A DNA stretch of 63,462 bases, counting the filler, from Stramenopiles sp. TOSAG23-3 (Eukaryota), in the NCBI GenBank assembly GCA_900128585.1. It is 9 parts of 9 records of this genome, joined end to end, with 100 filler letters (N's around TTAATTAATTAA, not from the genome) between each part and the next. Parts side by side here need not be neighbours in the genome. Positions count along the whole stretch, not along the records: positions 29,324 to 38,982 come from LT642895.1; positions 39,083 to 48,727 come from LT642896.1; 7 more parts are not named here. One strand, written 5' to 3'. How positions within the stretch are numbered: the first letter of the stretch is position 1; every line of letters starts with the position of its first letter. Positions 33,714 to 43,003 of the stretch are shown one piece after another. The notes below the pieces were generated by a model. That model was not told the origin of the DNA. It saw nothing but the letters and a program-made list of their open reading frames with translations, and ran no database searches. The translations under genes were made by a program, and so were the position numbers.

Positions 33714-34732
33714 ATGATGAGCGCCCACGAGAATGCGTCGTCCGCAGGTGCGGCAACGAAAGAACGACCATTGGAACGGCGAAACTCGGGCGAAATGGAG
33801 AAAAAGTGGGATTTTGCGGATAACTTTGATGCGTTTAAAGAGAGGGTAACAAAGCAATCGAAAATGTACGCGTGCAAAATTTTTGTAAGTAAGAATTCGC
33901 CTTTCACTGCGTTTATCGCCTTACTGTGACTAACGGCAAATTTATTCTATATCACCCTGCAGCCTGAAAAGATTCTGTACGTATGAAAAAAAGACACCGT
34001 ATCCCTTACCCTGCACCGTTCCCCACAGAACTAACCCCATCTTTATTTGCGCAGCCGGCTGTCGAAGCTGAAAAGAGACCTTGAGCAAAGAAAATACAAA
34101 GCAGTTTTTGACTCTCCTACACCGTCGTTCCTTCCCGCCTCGGACGTTGTACGGCAGGGGCTAGAAAACGTGGGCGAAAGGAAAGTTATACCTTGCAATG
34201 CAGACATTGTAGAAATAATGGACATTTTGAAGACCGAAGTGGTCGACCTGGTCGACATGCTTACCACCCTAAGGTGCTGGATATCTCTTGCCCGGCCAAA
34301 ATTGGAGGATGGGAACAATTTTGTAAGTAAGCTTCTTGTATTTGTTTTTCTTCTACGCTTCTTTTTGTCTTTCAAATTTCTAACCTCCTATTCTGGCGCC
34401 GGTACACACAAAAAAAGGGAGTTCAAGTTCAAGCGCAAATGGAAGGCAACCTTGCCTCTGGCTGCAACTCAGCTCGTGCTGTCTTGCAGCAGTTTCACGC
34501 TTACCATATCCGCCGGGCAACGTTTGCCCGCCGTTGTGAAAAGCACCCGTCCGTGCAAGACTGGATATCAAGCATTACAGTAAGCGACGAAAAGCAGTAC
34601 GATGAGGCGGTCAACGTAATTGGCGACTTGCAGGGTCTTTATCTGACCCTTTACGATAGGTTGATGAAAAACTGGGAAAAAATAAATTTACCGAAGGGGC
34701 GCAATAGGGCTTCCAGCAATATCTATTTTTAG
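33714..34732 (+). CDS. Proteasome activator PA28/REG subunit; exons 33714-33884, 33963-33976, 34055-34322, 34418-34732
   Basis: Splicing restores IF-PEKIL-RL and PKLEDGNNF-GVQVQ (activation loop), ending KINLPKG..IYF. Introns have GTAAGT/GTACGT donors and CTAAC branch sites. Confidence 0.88.
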
Positions 34733-35242
34733 CGATGCAAGGCTACCTTTGGCGAATTTAAAATATGTTAAGTTTATATAGTATATTGTGCTTATTTTTT
34801 TCTCCGGTGCTCCACAGATTAATGGTGTTGTGTCCAGAAATAAATTACTTAAAAATAAAAACAAGAAATCATCGCTTTTCATTTTGTTTCTCGCTAAAAA
34901 TTTACTTTACTTAGCATAAAATAAATAAACACATGACACTATTTCCGAACTCGTAACTCGTACGACCTCTTAATAAGAAGGTATAAAGAAAAAAGTAGAA
35001 CGGTGGCTGCACAGTCATATGATAACAAGTTAAGTGTAGTTTTACACAAGTCAGGCTCAAACTTTCAGCGTGGTTTTCCACACCATCGTCAACTGACCTG
35101 TTTGTGCATGTGTTGAGAGTGAGCGGGTGCAATCGATTCTAGAAATTATGTCGTTTAACAGTGTACTACTCTCTCTCTCTCTCTTCTCCATATTGTACGT
35201 ACTGAATTTTAGCTTCTTTTTCCGTAAATCATTCAGTATTTT

Positions 35243-35689
35243 TCACAGGGAAGCCTCTAGTTTTGCCCCAGGGAGCTCAAACGATTTTATTGGTTTGGCA
35301 AATCGAAAATATCCGTAAAAAAAACAAGCGAAAGAACTGAGCAGTACAAGCGTAAAAGACCATAATGTATGCGACGATGGGCTAGAAAACCAAGCTTTGA
35401 ATAGGCACAAAGCAGAGACGCCGTAGCAAATACAGTAACTTTCCGACAGTAGCTTTCGCACCCGGGAGTCAGTTATGTAGCAAGTTCGGTACGCCATCCA
35501 ACCTTGCGCTATCGTCAACGCACCATAGCACCGGACAACTTCGTGAGCCAGATGGGAATATGCTTCCCCACTAATAACTCCGAATAGGGTGTGGGGAAGA
35601 ATCACCAAAAATGTACCTATAACTACCGACAGTACTGCGTGGCAGCGCATGACCGAGTTTAAGTCAATCTTGTTCAAAGCAGCGTCCAT
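35243..35689 (-). CDS. Small four-TM membrane protein (possibly TP53I11-like)
   Basis: Four hydrophobic segments; ILPH.L and VRCYGAL motifs. Confidence 0.65.
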   Translation of the reverse strand: MDAALNKIDLNSVMRCHAVLSVVIGTFLVILPHTLFGVISGEAYSHLAHEVVRCYGALTIAQGWMAYRTCYITDSRVRKLLSESYCICYGVSALCLFKAWFSSPSSHTLWSFTLVLLSSFACFFYGYFRFAKPIKSFELPGAKLEASL

Positions 35690-36525
35690 TGCGAGCGGTC
35701 GGCCGGGAGGGGAGGGGTCTCTAATAATTATATGATACGCGCGTTAAAACAAACAAACACGCACACACGCAAACGATGAATGGAGTGCGCTTCGCTTTGT
35801 TTCATCGATATTGTAATTTTTCTTCTGGATAATGAAACCTCAATCGATAGTTATTACCTGGTACCGTACGCACATTGAATTACACACACATTGTTGAACA
35901 GTGGTGCAAAAATTAAAAAAAAAAACTGATGATGATTGAGTGATGAGGAGGATGGAGAGATGTGGTGTTTTGTTTGTTGTTGTTGGTAAGACGGAGTTCT
36001 GCCCTGTTGTATACACCTTGTATGTAATAATAATTAATAATAAAAATCTTTTTTTTTTTTATAAAATAATAAATAAATTAATTTATTATATTGTGATGGT
36101 GATGCAGCATCACAGCATATAATATTAATATTATATTTTAGAGAAGATATCCTTCCTTCCTTCTTCTTCTTTTTTTATTAATAATTTATTATTATTTTTT
36201 TGTTGTCGGTCGCTTCTTCCTTCCTCCTCATTCCTCATCCTGTATCCTGGTATCCTGGTACCGTACTTCCCTCTTTCTTTCTTCTCTCTCTTTTTTCCCT
36301 TTTTTTTTTTCTTTTTTTTTCTTTAAATACACATAATAATAAATTATACTTTTAGGCACCACGACGTTTTTCTGTTCTTAAGAAAACGACGCAGGCATTC
36401 ATCTATTTCATTCATTCAAACCGAATGCAACCAGAAAAGAGGCCGCGGTGGAAGTGATTTCTTTTGCCTAATTTGGGAGAACGTCCGCCCGTTTCAACCT
36501 GCCTGTATTGTATAGTCTTCGTTCC

Positions 36526-38634
36526 ATGCGACTTCTGGTCCCAGCCCTCTTTTTGCTGCTCTCGTGCAGTTTTGGGACCGCCCGTCCGAAACGTGGCAGG
36601 GGGGATGCCTACGTGAACATTGCAAAGAAGCTGCAAACAAGCGTGCAGAGTGGAACGTACAAAGAGGTGAAGCGGTGGGCAAAAAAGGCGTCCCGGTACA
36701 AGAACAAGATCCACTTTGTGTCGTTCGCTTGGCTTGCCACGTTGCGAGGCGAGGAAGAGATAGTGAAAGAAATTTTTGTTGCAGGGAAAGGCTCCTTCGA
36801 GGTCAACGAACGCCATCCTAAAACTGGCGGGACTTTGCTGCACGCAGCCGCTTGGGCTGGGTACGACAAAGTGGTACAATTTTTGCTGAGCCAGGGCGCG
36901 GACCCCTTCGCGAAAGACAGTAGTGGAAACAATGCCGTTCATGCAGTTTTGACCGGGTGGAAACACCTCTTTTTCAATATGCACGGCATACCAAAAGATT
37001 CTGCCAAGCCGAGGAAAGCTGCGTCTACAAAAGGGCACGAATTGTCGTTAGTTCATATTTCAGAGTGGACAAAGTCTTTGAAACTCTGGGGCAAAGAAAA
37101 TGATAAAATGCAGACGCCCCTTCTGATCGCCGTACTGGACTTTAACTCCAAGGCGCTGCAAGTTATGCTAGAAAATATTCCTGGTATCGACGTCAATTTA
37201 CGGGATCCGTTGGGGGCCCCGCTGTTAAATGTTGCGCTGGATACCGCTTGGTTTGTGATCCGAGCCTCGAAGTGGTTGACGGGGCATGGCAACGTCGCGG
37301 TTCCACCATCGCAACTTGACATGTACCCCAATAGCGATTTGCACGATTCCTTTGAGCTCGTTGGGCTAAAAAATTCGGGCGAGCTCGGCGCGATTCTCTT
37401 GGCGAACGGTACGTCGTACAACCGTACTCGTCTCAATGAGCTGATCTTTACGTGGCACACGAATTCAATTTTGTCCCCTCTGTTGAAGGCCGGTTGCCCT
37501 GTTCGCCTTACAGATTCGGCGCTGAAATCCCCATTTCACGTAGCGGCGCACCAGGGAAACCGATGGGCTGTCAACGCCATGCTAGAATCTCTGGAATCGA
37601 GCGGGAAGAACGCGGAAACATACCTGCAAAAAACCAATGCGCTTGGTCTGACGGCACTGCAGACGGCAATAACGAGCACCCAAGAGAGCACGATAGCCTC
37701 CCTTGTGACGACGGAAAACGTTGAAAAGGAGATCGAACGGATGGAGATGTACAACTTTCAACCTGAGTCTCTTCAAAAAGAACGTGGGGGGGAAGACAAA
37801 AAGGCCGTGGTCGCCATGGACGCCGACGAATTGGTGGCGACGAATGTGGTGCCGGAAATGCGCATCGCTGGTTGGCGAAGTGAAAGAATGTTTGAAGTTG
37901 GGTTAAATTTGTCCGAGGCCCACTGTGACCTTGACGTGTTGACGGACGCGAACAAAACCCTGTTCAAATCCTACATGAAGAGGCAGAAACCGGTTGTGCT
38001 GAGACAAGTCTCGGATGTCATGAGTTGGCCTGCTTTTACAAAATGGAGTCGGGAGCGTATATATGAACAATATGGGGACGAAGACTTTATGGTATACAAG
38101 CGAACGGACACCACCCGCCCCACGTCCTTCAAAATGAAACTTTCAGAGTACCTAGATTATATGGACTCGCTTCATGGGAGGGAACCTGGTGAGGCCGACT
38201 CTCCGATGTGGCTCGTAGACACTTCTGTGCCTTCGCGCGCAAAGGAAATGGTAGAAAAAGATGTTGGAAAATTTGAATTTTACGAGCATTTGTTAGGAGA
38301 ATCGAGCAAAGGAAAGTTTGGCTACAACAATTACCAGCTGATGATTGCACCCGCAAAGGCCGGCGCGTCCCCCCATTTTCATAACAGTGCCCTGAATCTT
38401 CTGGTTTTTGGGGAAAAGCTATGGCTGCTCTACCCCCCGTCGGTGGCGTTCTACTCGACAAAGCACGTCCACAGCTGGTTTCGTGAAGACTATAGCCAGC
38501 TGCTGTCCGATGGCGTGGCCCCGTTGAAGTGCTTGCAGCAGCCAGGAGACGTTATTTGGGTGCCTGATATGTGGGGTCATGGCGTCATTTATACAAAAGA
38601 TTCCGTGGGGATCGCCCATTTGTACTCGGGGTAA
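36526..38634 (+). CDS. Signal peptide, ankyrin repeats and a C-terminal JmjC (JMJD8-like) domain
   Basis: MRLLVPALFLLL signal; GGTLLHAAA..G..VVQFLLSQGAD, TPLLIAV and SPFHVAA ankyrins; GASPHFH..KLWLLYPP..QQPGD..WVPDMWGH. Confidence 0.88.
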   Translation: MRLLVPALFLLLSCSFGTARPKRGRGDAYVNIAKKLQTSVQSGTYKEVKRWAKKASRYKNKIHFVSFAWLATLRGEEEIVKEIFVAGKGSFEVNERHPKTGGTLLHAAAWAGYDKVVQFLLSQGADPFAKDSSGNNAVHAVLTGWKHLFFNMHGIPKDSAKPRKAASTKGHELSLVHISEWTKSLKLWGKENDKMQTPLLIAVLDFNSKALQVMLENIPGIDVNLRDPLGAPLLNVALDTAWFVIRASKWLTGHGNVAVPPSQLDMYPNSDLHDSFELVGLKNSGELGAILLANGTSYNRTRLNELIFTWHTNSILSPLLKAGCPVRLTDSALKSPFHVAAHQGNRWAVNAMLESLESSGKNAETYLQKTNALGLTALQTAITSTQESTIASLVTTENVEKEIERMEMYNFQPESLQKERGGEDKKAVVAMDADELVATNVVPEMRIAGWRSERMFEVGLNLSEAHCDLDVLTDANKTLFKSYMKRQKPVVLRQVSDVMSWPAFTKWSRERIYEQYGDEDFMVYKRTDTTRPTSFKMKLSEYLDYMDSLHGREPGEADSPMWLVDTSVPSRAKEMVEKDVGKFEFYEHLLGESSKGKFGYNNYQLMIAPAKAGASPHFHNSALNLLVFGEKLWLLYPPSVAFYSTKHVHSWFREDYSQLLSDGVAPLKCLQQPGDVIWVPDMWGHGVIYTKDSVGIAHLYSG

Positions 38635-38720
38635 CACGAGTGGCCACTTTGTCTGTGCGTGTATAGTGGTTGCACCTCTGTTACTCTTTAAAAAACAAAC
38701 AAATTATGTTTCTCTCTTTT

Positions 38721-38744
38721 AACAAGAAAATTGGCTGTTATTTA
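38721..38744 (+). other. Conserved intergenic element, copy 4
   Basis: AACAAGAAAATTGGCTGTTATTTA, ~87 nt after the stop at 38634. Confidence 0.9.
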
Positions 38745-38766
38745 TATAAATGTTTCGTTTCGGTGT

Positions 38767-38851
38767 TACGTGTGTAAAAAAAACCTAATGATATAGCATG
38801 TTTTAAGACTCTCAAGATTATCCCAATTGTAAAACTGCTACGTGTGTAAAA
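38767..38851 (+). repeat. Dispersed repeat copy B, flanked by the 13-bp direct repeat TACGTGTGTAAAA
   Basis: Direct repeats at 38767-38779 and 38839-38851 bracket the sequence shared with 13747-13813. Confidence 0.75.
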
Positions 38852-39083
38852 TACAATTAAGTAGTGATGTGAGTACGCATTTGCATTGGGTAAAAACAAA
38901 TTTATATGCATTGGTAATAGCTTACCTCTTTAAATTTTGTTTTAAAATGAAAAACAGATTTTCTCACACACTTTCCTCTCCTNNNNNNNNNNNNNNNNNN
39001 NNNNNNNNNNNNNNNNNNNNNNNNNNTTAATTAATTAANNNNNNNNNNNNNNNNNNNNNNNNNNNNNNNNNNNNNNNNNNNNA

Positions 39084-39233
39084 AAGCGGTTTTTGTCGGA
39101 AGGGCTGGTCGAGATAGAGGAGACCGCGACGGGGATCAAGCGCTGGGCCACGATGGAGAGGGCCATCCTTTACCTGGAGAAAGTCACCCTACCCCTGGAA
39201 GAGTCGTTCGCGGAAGTGTACTGGGAGGAGTGA
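39084..39233 (+). CDS. 3' end of a gene truncated by the contig start
   Basis: GC-rich open frame KRFLSEGLVEIEE...EVYWEE*. Confidence 0.55.
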   Translation, partial: KRFLSEGLVEIEETATGIKRWATMERAILYLEKVTLPLEESFAEVYWEE

Positions 39234-39449
39234 GCAATTCAACGCGCACACACACAATGATGGCATTGTTTTCGATTCGCGCGCGCATCATTTTTCTGAT
39301 CGACACAGCACCCCGACTTTTTGCTTGCCCTCACTTCAAAACTGTAATGTAGAGTGCGTGTATGTTTTAAATTAAGTTTTCTTAGTTTAACTTATAAAGC
39401 GACATGTTTTACTTTTTACTCTCGCTTCAACATGTGTGTCTCAAAATGT

Positions 39450-40703
39450 TCAGTACGCCAAGTACGGAACCGCTCCCCCTGAAATTTCCGGCGGCGACAT
39501 TGCGTACTGCTCGTCGGTGGCCATGGCCTGCCCCCTCGGGGCGATCGCGATGGGCGCGCTGCCCCGAGCCTTCTTCAGCCCCACCTGGGACGCCTCTATG
39601 CCTTCAGCCGCAACCGTGGGGGAGCGAAAAATGCTGCTGCAGGGCGCAAATATGTCTTGGACGTTCGTCGGGGAGGTCGACCGGTGCTCCTGCTGGTGCG
39701 CCCGGGAGGCGCCCAGGGCAGGGAAGAGCTTGTAAAACGCTTTGAGCAAGGCCGTGGCGCACTGCTTGACCACTCCCATCATGTGTTCCCCGAGCGGGAC
39801 GCCGCAGGCGTTGACCCGCTGCTTCCAGAGCGCCGTGTCCACTTGCTCGTGGTGGCACGCGCACAGGATGGCGGCGCAGGCCTGGACGAACGGGGAGAAG
39901 TTCAAAAACTCGTACGAGCACATGGCGTAGTCCAGGAAGGCCCCGGCAAAGTGGAGCATGCGCGTCTTCTTCTCCCTCCCGACCCTGTCGTTGAAGAGCT
40001 CGGCCAGGTACAGCATGGCCTCCACGCAGGTGACGGAGTTCAGGTTCCAGTCCAAGACTTTCAGCATGTCCAGCTCGAGGTCCACCACCATCCGCTCCGT
40101 GGCGCCCTTGACCGCCCCGACGACCTCGTCCACGCGGAAGGACTGGTCCTCGGTCTCGATCAGCTTGGACGCCATGAAAATGCTAACGACGGCGACCAGC
40201 TCGACGTCGGCTTTCCCAATCGACCGTTTGGAGAGGTACCGGTCGAACAGGCTGATGGCCAGGGAGAGCGTCTCGCGGTTCAGCCCCAGCTCGGAATATT
40301 CTAATATGTACGCGGCCGTCTTGTACCGCCACTTGGCGCAAAACCCTTGGTCCTGGACGTTTTCAATATACGCCGGGTCCGGGGACGACGTCCCTTTCCC
40401 CACGGACTCGTGCATGGCCGAGAGCCGGTCGGCGACGCTCTCAAACGCGTCGGGTAGGATCGGGGCGTGGGGCACTTTCTGGCTGCTTTGGAAGGCCCCC
40501 TTCCGCTTCTTGTTCCCGCAGCTGCCATTGTTGTCCTGGTGCTGGGCCAACAGTAAGTTGAGGGAGGAACCGGTGGAAAAAGTACTACTACTACTACTAC
40601 TACTACTACCACAACTACGACTGCCGTGGGAAGAACTATCTTGGATGCTATTGTGGCAAATACCCATGTTGTTCGCCGACGGGAACGCGGCAAAGGAACT
40701 CAT
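39450..40703 (-). CDS. Cyclin (D-like or lineage-specific)
   Basis: Cyclin box WRYK..YILE...LGLNRETLSLAISLFDRYLS, ASKLIET and ELDMLKVLDWNL; poly-Ser N-terminus. Confidence 0.88.
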   Translation of the reverse strand: MSSFAAFPSANNMGICHNSIQDSSSHGSRSCGSSSSSSSSTFSTGSSLNLLLAQHQDNNGSCGNKKRKGAFQSSQKVPHAPILPDAFESVADRLSAMHESVGKGTSSPDPAYIENVQDQGFCAKWRYKTAAYILEYSELGLNRETLSLAISLFDRYLSKRSIGKADVELVAVVSIFMASKLIETEDQSFRVDEVVGAVKGATERMVVDLELDMLKVLDWNLNSVTCVEAMLYLAELFNDRVGREKKTRMLHFAGAFLDYAMCSYEFLNFSPFVQACAAILCACHHEQVDTALWKQRVNACGVPLGEHMMGVVKQCATALLKAFYKLFPALGASRAHQQEHRSTSPTNVQDIFAPCSSIFRSPTVAAEGIEASQVGLKKARGSAPIAIAPRGQAMATDEQYAMSPPEISGGAVPYLAY

Positions 40704-41488
40704 GGTGCGTGGGCGCGTTCTCTTTCTCGTGTCTACCTCTTACTGGATCGGATGCCAAAGTAGGTAGGGAGGTAGGTAAGGTCGTGGCCGAATCAACGTA
40801 GATTCACAACGCACACAAAACTATCACTGGGATTCTTGGGAAACAAACAAATGCACACAAACAGACGATGATCACTTTCTCGCACACAGCCTTTTTAATG
40901 TTAAACATCCTCTGCAAACCTTTTCCTTTTTCGTTTCGTTTAGTTAAGCTTGTTGTTACTACGATGAACGAACTTTGGATGACACAAGACCACCTTTTTC
41001 CTTCCCTATCTTCATGTTAATCAAAGAATCGTTTGACTTTTTCCCTAATTTTCAATATAATAAGGTTTGAGACTTAGACAAGCCACTCTAAAAGATAAAG
41101 TAAACAATATTGTAGATACTATGATTCTATTCAACAACAACGAAATCCATTTGATTCAACGTTTACTCTCAGTACATAATGTTATTTAAAATGGATTGTG
41201 GTGTCTAGAACCCTTTCTCCCAAACCATTCCCCCAAATACCATATAGGTATAATATATATTAGTATACTAATTTATTGTAGTTGTATTGAATACCGATAG
41301 AACCCAATTGAATAGGTATAATTTATTTGAGACTACAATATAATTGTACTTAATGAAATGATTGGTGGGTAGGTAGGCTTTCTTCATTTCTATCTGCATC
41401 CTTCTTTTGTATCCTTTAACCCGTGTTGTATTTAACATAAGCATAGCATTGAAATCGATGACCCATCCAATTAATATTATTTTTTTAA

Positions 41489-41837
41489 TATATAGAAATA
41501 CCATTGGGGAAGAAATCGGATATAATAACTTTTTTCTTTTGTTTTTTTCTTCTTTCTTTTAATATTTATATAGAAATACCATTGAAGGAATGGGGATCTC
41601 TCACTTTTTCTTTTGGTTTCTTTTTCTTTTCTTTTCTTTTTTTTTCTTTGGTTTTTTCTTTTTTTTCTTTTTTTCTTTCTTTTCTTCTTTTGAATAAGGA
41701 TTCTGTGAATATCTAAAATACATCTTCGTATCATTGGGATTATTCATATTCCCCTTTTGTTGGTTTCGTTTGGGTGGGAGAAAGCATCTTTTACCCTTTT
41801 GTATAGCATAGATATAGCATACATATATAGAAATACC
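41489..41837. repeat. Three direct copies of TATATAGAAATACC
   Basis: 41489-41506 and 41567-41584 are identical 18-mers; third copy at 41824-41837. Confidence 0.8.
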
Positions 41838-43003
41838 TTCCTGAACTTATAACTCATACTATTGCTATACTAATATACATGACATATTGTTGCACCTTAA
41901 AAGAAAGAGGATCTTCAGCAGGACTTCTGCTTCCTCTGATTATCCAACCAAAAAGAGTAAATACGATTATAAGACTACAAACAGATGTACTATAAATATA
42001 TACCATTTACTATTAATAATACTTACTATACATATAAATGTACTTAACAAACAGTACAATGTGCTATCTAAATTAGCGTGTTGCGTTTCGTGCGGTGCGC
42101 GCGAAATTCGGTCTTCATGAATTACATAGGCATAATATCAAATAAAATACATGCAATTACCATTGGGACATATGATTTAGTGATACAATTAGGGTATGAA
42201 ACGAAAATCAATCCGTTTTCTTCTTTTTACCAAATCCTATCCTGTGTTGATGTATTGTGTTATATTTCCAGACTATTTCATTCAAGAAGACCTTCAAGAA
42301 GCAACTACACAGGTATAAGTACAGGTACCACAGAAGAAAACTTAACACTTAACACACACTTCAAAAGGATGATGTTGACAACAAGTTGACAAGAAGTGCG
42401 TGAGGAAGAAAGGAAAGGAAGGATTTATTAATATTAAATACATAGAAACAGAAGGAAGATATTGCTTCTTCTTTTCAACAGATCTTCTTCAAGAACAACA
42501 AGGGCATTATTCCATTCTTCCCCTTCATCTCTCTTTCTTCACCCTACTACTACTCCTCCTCCTGGTCTTCTCTTCTTTCTTCCTTGTTGTTAATCCTTCT
42601 CACTCCTTTCATGCCAATGCTGTATACCCTAGCATACACTGGTATTGTTGTTGGTGTTAATGCACGATGACGACGACATTTTCGTTCTTCTTCTTCTTCT
42701 TTCTTCGCACATCATTATATACTATCCTCCATATAATATATTTTACCAATGCCAATGAATCAAACCCGAACCAGACGTGCACTCCAACCCCCAACAATCG
42801 GCAGTCAACAATTTTTCCCATAGAACACTAACCAATCTGCTGGAAAATAATCTCCAAACCTGAAAACAACGTCCGCTGAGCAAGCCAGCCGCACCACAAC
42901 AATAGAATACGAAGAACGGCCTCCGTGTCGCAATGGAATAATACAATGACTTTGAAAGCATAGAGAAGAACGGTCCAGAAACAGTGTATCGCCTGCAGTA
43001 AAC

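Noticed and set aside
34857-34869. AAAAACAAGAAAT as a ninth copy of the element
   Set aside because: Only the A-rich half matches; the TTGGCTGTT core is absent.
39604-40767. Long antisense or alternate-frame ORFs over the cyclin, MTHFR, deaminase and 19562 genes
   Set aside because: Expected shadow ORFs of GC-rich coding sequence; no recognisable motifs.
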